IMG/VR virus record: IMGVR_UViG_3300037297_000388
Coordinates: 2,177-66,176 of that record
DNA length: 64,000 nucleotides
Source: a virus
Direction: 5' to 3' (one strand)
Below the pieces are notes generated by a model. That model worked only from the letters and a program-made list of their open reading frames with translations. It was not told the DNA's origin and ran no database searches. Shown here piece by piece: positions 1 through 8,645 of the stretch. Numbering within the stretch: position 1 is the first letter of the stretch; each line of letters opens with the position of its first letter. The position numbers and the translations under genes were made by a program.

Positions 1-2
1 CT

Positions 3-608
3 CTGGAGAAAGACCGTGCCGTAGCCAGGACAATCCTCACGACCTGGAAGGAGTGTCGGACGGAGGACGCCATCGCGTTTGTGCAGCAGGCGAAGCCGTT
101 CCTGATGCAGTTGGAAGAGGACCAGGAGACGTGGATTCGGCGCATCGTGCTTCTTCGACTCCCAACGGATCCTGTCTACGACAAAAACGGGAGAAATCTC
201 CTCCACCAATGGCTGATGAATTGCATTCAAAAGAGTATCCGAAAAAATCAATCTCAAGGTCATGACAGAGGCCCTCAAATTCCAGAGGGCGGGTATGGGG
301 GGTGCTTCATTCCATTGGAAGACAAACTGCGCAAGGCCGAAGAGGAGCGTGAGAGGGAGTTGGCGCCGAAGCAGCGGATTCTCGATGATCTGTTCCCGCG
401 CCTCGAGGGCGTGAAGACGTCTATAAGGGGCTACATCGCGCACTGTCCGGTCCATGATGATCACGAGCACAGCATGTTGATCAACATAGACCCAGATACG
501 TGGGATATCTCGTTCGAGTGCTCCGAGGGGTGCGACGAGGAGGCGATCGTCGCCGCTATCGGAGATGGGATATGGAGTAAGGGGCTCGGCCCGGCCAAGG
601 ACGCATAA
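3..608 (+). CDS. Replication protein with C-terminal primase-type zinc-binding domain (5'-truncated by window edge)
   Basis: Frame is open from position 3; C-terminal motif HCPVHDDHEHS...ECSEGC resembles phage primase zinc-binding domains. Confidence 0.6.
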   Translation: MEKDRAVARTILTTWKECRTEDAIAFVQQAKPFLMQLEEDQETWIRRIVLLRLPTDPVYDKNGRNLLHQWLMNCIQKSIRKNQSQGHDRGPQIPEGGYGGCFIPLEDKLRKAEEERERELAPKQRILDDLFPRLEGVKTSIRGYIAHCPVHDDHEHSMLINIDPDTWDISFECSEGCDEEAIVAAIGDGIWSKGLGPAKDA

Positions 609-791
609 ATGACGCACTCGCTGCACAAGATCCGGCTCAACGAACACGTCGCCCAGGGGTACTGGGAGACGGAAAACGGACGTGGAGAGGGCGTCAGCCT
701 GGGGGCTTGTCCCCAGCAATCCTCTGTGAAGCGTCAAGGCGGCATCCATGCCTGTTAACCAGACAGACATCGGTTTAAGTCCGTCATGCCA
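609..791 (+). mobile_element. tnpB-derived non-autonomous element / omegaRNA-like scaffold, copy 1
   Basis: Core 646-791 is near-identical to 8061-8206, 21714-21858 and 43778-43921; mini-ORF 609-758 MTHSLHKIRLNEHVAQGYWETENGRGEGV...SSVKRQ joins TnpB-like N- and C-terminal motifs. Confidence 0.75.
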
Positions 792-2736
792 GACAGCATA
801 CCGGATCGAACTATCCGATGGCGGGTATGTCGAGCACGTTCGAGTTGATGAGCCTGACGGAAAGAAGTTCTTCTGGAGAAGAAATGGAGAATCCGGGCTC
901 GGTGGACTGAAGGTTCGGGATATCCCTCTGTACTCTCCGCCAAAACAGGGTGATGATAACCGCGTAACGATATGTGAGGGAGAGAAGGCCGCCAACGCGG
1001 CGGCGCGGCTCGGGCTCTATGCGTTGGGGACGGTGTGCGGGGCGAGCTCGTGGCCGAGCAAAGAGGTGCTCCAGAGGACCTGTACCGACCAGGATGTGAT
1101 TCTGTGGGCAGACGCGGATGAAGCAGGACGCGATCACATGAAAAAAATTGCCGCGGCCCTCGATGGTATTGCCAAGAGCGTTGTCATCATCACCACCGGG
1201 AACGAGAAAGACGACGCAGCAGATTTTCGCGGTACACGGGAAGATCTAGAAAAGATCATCAGAGAGCATGCCACCCGCAGGGATCGGCGTGCGGAAAAAC
1301 AGCCAGCAGTATCCGCAAAACATCAACAAGGAGCCTTTCCCCCGCCGGATCAGTACGGATCTCCCACAGGCAGGGTCCCCCCGTACAGCTTCGAGGCGGA
1401 GCAAGCGTGTCTCGGCGCGGTGCTTTTGAATGAGAAGGCGCTGGTGGTAGTCAAGGGGGTTGTCGCCTCGGAAGACTTCTATGTTGAGGCTCACCGCCGC
1501 ATTTTCGAGGCGATGGTGGACCTTCAACAAGCTGGGGAGCCAATCGACCACCTCACGCTCGGAAATCACCTGAAGGGAAAGGGAGATCTCCAGCGGGCCG
1601 GCGGCGCCATCGCGCTCAGCAAGCTCACGGACAGCGTCTCGACCATTGCCAACGTTGACAACTACGCGAGGATCGTCAAGCAAAAATCGGTGCAGCGATC
1701 CATTATCTACTGCTGCCAAGAGATGGTAGCCAAGGGGTTTTTGGCGAATGGAGATGACGTCGATGAGTATGTCGCTGAGGTCCGGCGGTCGATAATCGAC
1801 ATCGCGAACAGGAGTGATGTGTCGGGTAGAGGCCCGACGACTGTCGACAGCACGATGCGGGTTCTCTATGCGGAGCTTGACAAAAAGGAGGAAGACCCCG
1901 CGGTCGTCAAGACCGGCATCGACACTGTGGACTTTATGACCGGCGGGTTGTTCCCAGGGCTCCTCACTGTTCTCGCCGGCCGCCCAAGCATGGGTAAGTC
2001 GACGTTCCTTCTGAACGTGGCGACCAATGCGGCCCTCCAAAATAAGAGGGTACTGTTTGTATCTCTCGAGGATGAGATTCGCTATCTGTCCGCCAGGCTC
2101 TTGGCTCGTTTCGCCAGGTGCGATCTCACGAAAATCATCAGGCGAGAGGTGAAAGGCTCTGAGTTTCCCAATTTGGTTTCAGCGATAAACAGGCTCTCCG
2201 GACAATCCCTCTGGATTGACGACCGAACGGGTCTTTCATCGAACCAGATAGCGCAGGTCGCCGCCATGCACAAAGACCTTCACGGCCTTGATTTGCTGAT
2301 AGTAGATCATCTCGGGGAGATACCTGAGAAGGGTGATAGTCTCACGGCCCAAACGGAGAGGGCGGCGAAGGGGTGCAGAGATATCGCGAAGCAACTCGGC
2401 ATCCCGGCTCTTCTCGGGGTGCAGCTCAACCGGGATGTCGAAAAGAGAACGAACCATCGTCCTGTCCTCTCCGACTTGAGACAGAGCGGGGCGATAGAAC
2501 AGGTGGCGCGCTGCGTTTGGATGCTGTATCGGCCTGGGTATTATTCCGAAGAGGACGAATCGCGCCAGATGGAGCTCATCATCACAAAGGCAAACCACGG
2601 AAAAACGGGGTCCGCAAAGATGTGGGCGGATATGTCTCAGATGTTCATTCGCGGCTGGCGGCACGAGGATGGTCCGTTTGATGGCAATCGTCAAATGGCG
2701 CCGGCGCCCAAAGAGGCCGGTTGGCAAGGATACTGA
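748..2736 (+). CDS. dnaB: TOPRIM primase domain fused to DnaB-like replicative helicase
   Basis: ICEGEKAA and WADADEAG (TOPRIM); PPYSFEAEQACLGAVL (DnaB N-terminus); AGRPSMGKST Walker A; LIVDHL, QLNR, LSDLRQSGAIEQ. The start codon lies inside repeat copy 1. Confidence 0.93.
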   Translation: MPVNQTDIGLSPSCQTAYRIELSDGGYVEHVRVDEPDGKKFFWRRNGESGLGGLKVRDIPLYSPPKQGDDNRVTICEGEKAANAAARLGLYALGTVCGASSWPSKEVLQRTCTDQDVILWADADEAGRDHMKKIAAALDGIAKSVVIITTGNEKDDAADFRGTREDLEKIIREHATRRDRRAEKQPAVSAKHQQGAFPPPDQYGSPTGRVPPYSFEAEQACLGAVLLNEKALVVVKGVVASEDFYVEAHRRIFEAMVDLQQAGEPIDHLTLGNHLKGKGDLQRAGGAIALSKLTDSVSTIANVDNYARIVKQKSVQRSIIYCCQEMVAKGFLANGDDVDEYVAEVRRSIIDIANRSDVSGRGPTTVDSTMRVLYAELDKKEEDPAVVKTGIDTVDFMTGGLFPGLLTVLAGRPSMGKSTFLLNVATNAALQNKRVLFVSLEDEIRYLSARLLARFARCDLTKIIRREVKGSEFPNLVSAINRLSGQSLWIDDRTGLSSNQIAQVAAMHKDLHGLDLLIVDHLGEIPEKGDSLTAQTERAAKGCRDIAKQLGIPALLGVQLNRDVEKRTNHRPVLSDLRQSGAIEQVARCVWMLYRPGYYSEEDESRQMELIITKANHGKTGSAKMWADMSQMFIRGWRHEDGPFDGNRQMAPAPKEAGWQGY

Positions 2737-2769
2737 AACAACCCGGCCAATGGCCGGCAGGAGGCGAAG

Positions 2770-3168
2770 ATGGAAAACTTAGGAGCAACGAAGGAAAAAA
2801 CAGCGATTCGGGTCAGTGCAGACGAAGGGATCGACCACAGCCAGACGGCGCGCGATCTCTTTAACGTGCTCACCGACATCACCACCCGGGATAAGCGAGA
2901 GATTGTTTACTTTCGGGTGTGTCAGCACTTCATTGGGGAAGGGAACGAATGGTTGATCGTCACGGCGACGGTACCGGTAGAGGACGTTGCTGTCTGCTGT
3001 AAGGTGGCAGCACCGCACGACTTCCATCTCGCCCGACGGAGCAGCAGGGAGCGCGGGATCTCTACGATTGCATTTGGACTTGATGTCAACTGGCTGGACC
3101 AAGAAACGGCGGATCAATATCGGGAGGCGGCGCGGTATCCGATAATCAAGGAGGGGTTGGGATATTAA
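2770..3168 (+). CDS. Hypothetical protein
   Basis: 132-aa ORF with GGAGG RBS, co-directional with neighbours. Confidence 0.6.
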   Translation: MENLGATKEKTAIRVSADEGIDHSQTARDLFNVLTDITTRDKREIVYFRVCQHFIGEGNEWLIVTATVPVEDVAVCCKVAAPHDFHLARRSSRERGISTIAFGLDVNWLDQETADQYREAARYPIIKEGLGY

Positions 3169-3199
3169 CGGGCGCCAAAGCGCCAGAGGAGATATAACT

Positions 3200-3991
3200 A
3201 TGTGTAACCCAGCGAGTTTTATCATCACGCGTGAGCGCGCTCTGTTTTGCGAGACAGACAGCCACGAGGATATTATCAAAAAACACAAACTAGTGGACTC
3301 ACGCATGGAGCCTGCATTTGTGCGAGTGGAGTTGATCCCGCCGGATGGTGACTATTCATCGCCGCCAGAGAAGTGGAAGTTGGAAACAGATCAAGGCGCT
3401 GTGCCAGATTGGTACAACCCAAAATGGGCTCAACAGATGTGCCTACTAGAGATGCCGAAGTGGTGGTCAGGGCGCTTTGCGACTTCGTCTGGAGTGCTTT
3501 ATTACGAGGGTCGCAAAATAAATAAGATACCGAATAATATGACTCATATCGGCGGCTCCCTGGACCTGCGCGGCACGCAGGTGAGCGACCTTGGGCAGCT
3601 GCAGTCCGTCGGCGGCTCCCTGGACCTGCGCGGCACGCAGGTGAGCGACCTTGGGCAGTTGCAGTCCGCCGGCGGCTCCCTGGACCTGCGCGGCACGCAG
3701 GTGAGCGACCTCGGGCAGTTGCAGTCCGTCGGCGGCTCCCTGTACCTGCGCGGCACGCAGGTGAGCGACCTCGGGCAGTTGCAGTCCGTCGGCGGCTCCC
3801 TGGACCTGCGCGGCACGCAGGTGAGCGACCTTGGGCAGCTGCAGTCCGTCGGCGGCTCCCTGGACCTGCGCGGCACGCAGGTGAGCGACCTTGGGCAGTT
3901 GCAGTCCGTCGGCGGCTACTTGTACCTGCGCGGCACGCAGGTGAGCATCGCAGATCTGCCTGAAGGTTTGAAGCCACGGGATGTGTTATAA
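3200..3991 (+). CDS. Leucine-rich repeat protein
   Basis: About 6.6 copies of 20-aa GGSLDLRGTQVSDLGQLQSV (LxLxxTxV LRR pattern). Confidence 0.85.
   Translation: MCNPASFIITRERALFCETDSHEDIIKKHKLVDSRMEPAFVRVELIPPDGDYSSPPEKWKLETDQGAVPDWYNPKWAQQMCLLEMPKWWSGRFATSSGVLYYEGRKINKIPNNMTHIGGSLDLRGTQVSDLGQLQSVGGSLDLRGTQVSDLGQLQSAGGSLDLRGTQVSDLGQLQSVGGSLYLRGTQVSDLGQLQSVGGSLDLRGTQVSDLGQLQSVGGSLDLRGTQVSDLGQLQSVGGYLYLRGTQVSIADLPEGLKPRDVL
3551..3946 (+). repeat. 60-bp coding tandem repeat, 6 full copies plus a partial copy
   Basis: Units start at 3551, 3611, 3671, 3731, 3791, 3851 and 3911. Confidence 0.97.
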
Positions 3992-4117
3992 TTCCCTGGT
4001 CGGCATAAAAAGACAATCAAAAGACCCCACAAAGCAAAAAAATATTTTAAAAAACCCCAATAAGGCAAAATACTGCTTGACTGTTCAGTGTGTGTAGGGC
4101 AGTATCAAACCTACATA

Positions 4118-4190
4118 GGGGCACGCCACCCCACCAGGGCAGTTGAACTCTGCCTGGTCCATTCATCATCAACCCATATCGGCGTGCCCC
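4118..4190 (+). ncRNA. Candidate structured RNA or leader hairpin
   Basis: Perfect 10-bp stem GGGGCACGCC/GGCGTGCCCC enclosing CCAGGGCAG/CTGCCTGG hairpin; TTGACT at 4077 upstream. Confidence 0.35.
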
Positions 4191-4463
4191 GCACATTTAT
4201 TCCACAACAGTTCATAACAGTATAAAATAAAAGGGTAATTACCTTTCGCGTTTACCGGAGTCTGATGAGTGCGGAGATCATTACCTAAACCGAACAGGAG
4301 GAGGGGGGAAGGGTCTTTTTGTTTCGTTTTTCGGTATGGCACGCTTCTTTCAGTGAGTGAACACTAGGAAACAGGAAGGCTCAGAAATATCCAGGTAGAC
4401 CATTTAATTGATAGAAAATGGTTGACGTGGATAGTGTTGCCTGATTAACTGGACAAGCGTGCA

Positions 4464-4724
4464 GTGAACGAAGAGGATTTGATGATGCCTGATGCAAAAA
4501 CAACCCAAGATGATGGACATTGGATGACGGCTGATGAAGTTGCTGAATACCTTCGACTTCCGAGCAGACGAGCCGTTTACCAGGCCACCAGGCGCGGGGC
4601 GATTCCGTATGTCAAGTTGGGGCGTCTGACGCGTTTCCGAAAAAAAGACATCGATGCAGTTCTTCTTGCCCACCAGCAGAATCCGATTGATCCGAATGTC
4701 GGAGATCTTGTATCCGATCTCTGA
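4464..4724 (+). CDS. xis: Excisionase-like helix-turn-helix protein
   Basis: WMTADEVAEYLRLPSRRAVYQATRRGAIPYVKLGRLTRFRKKDID; directly upstream of the integrase. Confidence 0.88.
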   Translation: MNEEDLMMPDAKTTQDDGHWMTADEVAEYLRLPSRRAVYQATRRGAIPYVKLGRLTRFRKKDIDAVLLAHQQNPIDPNVGDLVSDL

Positions 4725-4759
4725 CGCCTACTTCCTGGAGCAGAAAGGAGGTTGGTGAA

Positions 4760-5878
4760 TTGGGCGTCAAAAAATATACGGCGAGGGACGGAAAAGCATG
4801 GTGGATGGCTGACATCCGTGTGACCATGAGAGATGGTCGCGAGAAGCGGGTCAGGAAGAAGAAGATACCGACGAAAGAGATGGCCCTCCTGTACGAGTCC
4901 AAGGTGAAGACGGCAGCATTTGAGGGGCGCTACTTTGAGACGGGAAGCAATTTGACGGTCGAACAGGTCTGGAAAATCTACGAGCCCATCACGCGGCGTG
5001 ATAACGATTCATGGCGGGACGATGTCGGACGGGCCAAGCATTTGACCCGGTTGCTGGGGAAGCGGAAGGTCGAGCAGCTCGCGCTGACACATGTTGAGCA
5101 GTACCGCAGCAGGCGGATGGATGAAGTGAGCAACCGGACGAAGCGGGTGCCGGCGATCGGGACCATCAACCGGGAGGTTGGGCTTTTGAAGCGCATGATC
5201 AACTATGCGGTTCGGCGCGGTGATCTACGGATGAATCCCATCGCGCTAGTCAGGGCGCTCCACGAGTCCAATATCCGGCAGGTTGTGATCAGCGAGCGAA
5301 GGTTCGAAGTGCTGCTCGAGAAGGCGGACCCACCATTGCGCCCGATCATCCTGTTGGCGTATGACTGCGGGATGCGGAAGATGGAGATTCTGATGTTGAG
5401 GTGGAGTCAGCTGAACCTTCACACCGGTGTGGCCTATCTCGCCCCATGGGACACGAAGACGGATGAGTCTCGGGAGATCTATTTGACGGACAGGGCCATC
5501 CGGGAGCTCCAAGCGCTGAAGGGCATCGATGATGGGTTGTTGTCAATCAACGGCTACGCCATCATCAATCCGCAGACGGGCGAGCCCTGGGTGGACATCA
5601 AGAAGATGTTCAAGCGGGCGTGTGAGGCAGCTGGGCTCGTTTACGGCAGGGACAATGGGGTGATCTTCCATGACCTACGTCGGAGCTTTGTTACCAACGC
5701 GAGGAAGAGGGGAATCCCGGAATCGGTGGTGATGGCGATGTCTGGGCACCGGACGCGGAATGTGTTTGACCGCTACAATATCGTGGACAACGCGGATCTG
5801 AAAAACGCCGTCAGGCGGATGGAGCGGGCGCGGCGGGAAGAACTCCGGGAGCAAAAAAGGAGGCGGCCGGAGGTGTGA
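4760..5878 (+). CDS. int: Tyrosine integrase
   Basis: CGMRKMEI (catalytic Arg), KT, FHDLRRSF (HxxR), SGHRTRNVFDRY (H/Y); AAGGAGG RBS. Confidence 0.95.
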   Translation: MGVKKYTARDGKAWWMADIRVTMRDGREKRVRKKKIPTKEMALLYESKVKTAAFEGRYFETGSNLTVEQVWKIYEPITRRDNDSWRDDVGRAKHLTRLLGKRKVEQLALTHVEQYRSRRMDEVSNRTKRVPAIGTINREVGLLKRMINYAVRRGDLRMNPIALVRALHESNIRQVVISERRFEVLLEKADPPLRPIILLAYDCGMRKMEILMLRWSQLNLHTGVAYLAPWDTKTDESREIYLTDRAIRELQALKGIDDGLLSINGYAIINPQTGEPWVDIKKMFKRACEAAGLVYGRDNGVIFHDLRRSFVTNARKRGIPESVVMAMSGHRTRNVFDRYNIVDNADLKNAVRRMERARREELREQKRRRPEV

Positions 5879-5916
5879 GGCAAGTGGGTTCTGCGGTCAA
5901 AGAAAAGCCGAAAAAA

Positions 5917-5940
5917 TTGGACACATTTTGGACACATTTT
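5917..5940 (+). repeat. Candidate integrase arm-type sites (left)
   Basis: TTGGACACATTTTGGACACATTTT direct repeat; the same motif recurs at 6169-6192. Confidence 0.7.
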
Positions 5941-6004
5941 CTAAAAACTACATCAGAATACAATGTACTACATCAGTTAAAGTGTTGAAATTGTTTAAGA
6001 ATTA

Positions 6005-6048
6005 GGCACGCCCGACAGGACTCGAACCTGTGACCCACGGCTTAGAAG
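6005..6048 (-). other. 3' half of tRNA-Arg(UCU); probable attP core
   Basis: Minus strand reads CTTCTAAGCCGTGGGTCACAGGTTCGAGTCCTGTCGGGCGTGCC (anticodon loop, T-arm, acceptor 3' strand); the 5' half is missing; 127 bp downstream of int. Confidence 0.88.
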
Positions 6049-6168
6049 AACTTAAAAATCGTTTCAGGAAGTAGGCGTAATCTTTAATATTTGTCAATCA
6101 TGACGGTCTATTGGACGGATGGTCGAGTGTCCGTGAGTCAACGGGAATCAACATGAATCCACACTGTT

Positions 6169-6192
6169 TTGGACACTTTTTGGACACTTTTT
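6169..6192 (+). repeat. Candidate integrase arm-type sites (right)
   Basis: TTGGACACTTTTTGGACACTTTTT direct repeat. Confidence 0.7.
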
Positions 6193-6196
6193 TATA

Positions 6197-6289
6197 AGCT
6201 GCTCACCACCGCGGCGCCGAGGATAGCAGCTGCTCACCACCGCGGCGCCGAGGATAGCAGCCGCTCATCTCCGCGGCGCAGAGTTATGG
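6197..6289 (+). repeat. 31-bp tandem repeat (2 perfect copies plus 1 degenerate)
   Basis: AGCTGCTCACCACCGCGGCGCCGAGGATAGC at 6197 and 6228; degenerate copy at 6259. Confidence 0.9.
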
Positions 6290-6361
6290 GAAGAACAAAC
6301 CCGCCAAGGGGTAGATATAAATAAAAAAACCTGCCAAAGAAATAAAAAACAAAAAATAAGA

Positions 6362-6390
6362 TTGACAAGGAGAAAATAAAGATAAAAAAT
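6362..6390 (+). promoter_or_regulatory. Sigma70-like promoter upstream of the DUF5131-csf gene run
   Basis: TTGACA-17-AAAAAT in an A-rich tract; the TTGACAAGGA motif is shared with 21559 and 39881. Confidence 0.55.
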
Positions 6391-6420
6391 ACCCAAGAAG
6401 ATGATGAATGGAGGTAAATA

Positions 6421-6600
6421 ATGGACTTCGCAGACATTGGACATTGGAATTTTGATGAGGATGCCAGGGATCAACTCATGAGACTCCTGAGGAAGGACCT
6501 GGCAGGGATGGTTGGCGTTGGCGCGATCAGCCAAGATGATGCTGACAACTGGCTAAATCTCCCATCGGATTTTGATGATCTTTTCGGCGTTGAGGAGTAA
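6421..6600 (+). CDS. Small acidic protein (59 aa; not in ORF track)
   Basis: GGAGGT RBS; MDFADIGHWNFDEDARDQ...DFDDLFGVEE; 15 D/E versus 4 K/R; stop overlaps the next ATG. Confidence 0.7.
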   Translation: MDFADIGHWNFDEDARDQLMRLLRKDLAGMVGVGAISQDDADNWLNLPSDFDDLFGVEE

Positions 6601-7505
6601 TGCAACGGACAAAGATAGAATACCTAACCCACACCTGGAACCCGCTGGCTATGCGGTGTTCTCCGGTGTCGGATGGGTGTAAGAATTGCTGGCACCTTAG
6701 AATGGCGAATCGGATGGCAGGAAACTTTATATTGAAACCAGAAGCTCGACGAGCATATGCCGGTAATGGGCCATGGCTGAACACCGAGGAACTCTCAGCA
6801 CCATTCAAGCTGAAGAAGCCCTCCGTCATTGGCGTCCAGTTTATGGGGGATCTTTTTCACATGTCGGTTTCAGATGAGCAGATTGCAGCCGCCTATGGGG
6901 CGATGATGGCATGCCCACAGCACACTTTCATCATTTTGACGAAGCGGGCCGAAAGGATGTTCCATTGGTATCGCAACACGCAAAACATAGGCGGTTATCC
7001 GGTTGGTGATCCTCATCCTGAAGCGTTGAATTGCGCCTGGCAGCTGCTTCAATTGGCTGAACCAGAAGGAGACGGGCCGATCCATTGTAAATACGGACCT
7101 GCCCCTGATGCACCGTGGCCGCCCCGTAACGTAATCCCCGGCGTCAGCGTCGAGGATCAGAGAACCGCCGAAGAGCGATGGCGTTGGCTGTCGCGATGCC
7201 CGGCGGATGTTAGATGTGTATCGGTAGAGCCGATGCTCGGGCCGGTCGACCTATGCAATCAATGGGGACTCTATGAATTAGACGGTGGCGGCTATTCTAC
7301 AAAGGTATCTAGCCGATGGGATCGGTCACCTGACTGGGTCATCTGCGGCGCAGAAACGGGACCAAGAAAACGGCCATTTAAGAACGAATGGGCGCTTGAC
7401 TTGCGCGATCAATGCCGGGCAGCTGGCGTGCCGTTCTTTTTCAAACAGGATGGTGATGGCAACAAAACACTCTGCGGTGTCGAGTACCACGAGTGGCCGA
7501 AATAA
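6600..7505 (+). CDS. DUF5131 / phage Gp37-Gp68 family protein
   Basis: TKIEYLTHTWNP, CSPVSDGCKNCW (CxxxxxxCxxC), MGDLFH, ILTKRAER, GVSVEDQ, VSVEPMLGP, WVICGAETG, VPFFFKQ. Confidence 0.9.
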   Translation: MQRTKIEYLTHTWNPLAMRCSPVSDGCKNCWHLRMANRMAGNFILKPEARRAYAGNGPWLNTEELSAPFKLKKPSVIGVQFMGDLFHMSVSDEQIAAAYGAMMACPQHTFIILTKRAERMFHWYRNTQNIGGYPVGDPHPEALNCAWQLLQLAEPEGDGPIHCKYGPAPDAPWPPRNVIPGVSVEDQRTAEERWRWLSRCPADVRCVSVEPMLGPVDLCNQWGLYELDGGGYSTKVSSRWDRSPDWVICGAETGPRKRPFKNEWALDLRDQCRAAGVPFFFKQDGDGNKTLCGVEYHEWPK

Positions 7506-7519
7506 ACACACAGGAGGTA

Positions 7520-8031
<512 letters not shown>

Positions 8032-8060
8032 GAAAAGTCCGCCCGGAAGATGCGAGGAAT

Positions 8061-8206
8061 ACGTCGCCCAGGGGCACTGGGAGACGGAAAACGGACGTGG
8101 AGAGGGCGTCAGCCTGGGGTGTTGTCCCCAGCAATCCTCTGTGAAGCGTCAAGGCGGCTGCCATGCCTGTTGAACAGACAGACATCGGTTTAAGTCCGCT
8201 CTGCCA
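8061..8206 (+). mobile_element. tnpB-derived omegaRNA-like scaffold, copy 2
   Basis: 146-bp near-identity to 646-791. Confidence 0.75.
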
Positions 8207-8225
8207 GCCAAAGGCGTAATCAATC

Positions 8226-8645
8226 ATGGATATGAAACAGAAGCGCATGCGTCAAATCAACAAGCTGATCAGCGTGATTGCTTCATGTGGGAGAAAATTC
8301 TACTCCTACAATGGCACGGTCGCAGAATTCAAAATCTGGGGGAATGGTAGGCTTTATTTCGTCGAGCCATATGGGCGGAATTTACTGCCGTGTTACTCGA
8401 AGCCGGACAGCCATAGATGGAATACCCACCGGTGGGGTAGATTTGGCGGCGGCGGGACGCTCAAGGCCATGACAAAGTCCTTCGCTGCATACATTCTCAC
8501 CGGTGCTACGGTGCCAGCCCATCATTTTGGTCCATGGCCGGAGTGGTATTGTGGCAACCCAAATGATCTATGGGGGTACGGAGACGAAGCCATGGAGAAG
8601 GTCCGTTCTGCGGCGGTTTTGGTATCAACAGCGAGGCAAGGATGA
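8226..8645 (+). CDS. Hypothetical protein
   Basis: 139-aa ORF whose stop overlaps the csf2 start (ATGA). Confidence 0.65.
   Translation: MDMKQKRMRQINKLISVIASCGRKFYSYNGTVAEFKIWGNGRLYFVEPYGRNLLPCYSKPDSHRWNTHRWGRFGGGGTLKAMTKSFAAYILTGATVPAHHFGPWPEWYCGNPNDLWGYGDEAMEKVRSAAVLVSTARQG

Noticed and set aside
3551-3946. 60-bp repeats as a CRISPR array
   Set aside because: No spacers; in-frame coding LRR units
6005-6048. Intact tRNA-Arg gene
   Set aside because: D-arm and 5' acceptor strand are absent
6197-6289. 31-bp repeat as a CRISPR mini-array for the Csf genes
   Set aside because: Units are head-to-tail with no unique spacers; kept only as a tandem repeat
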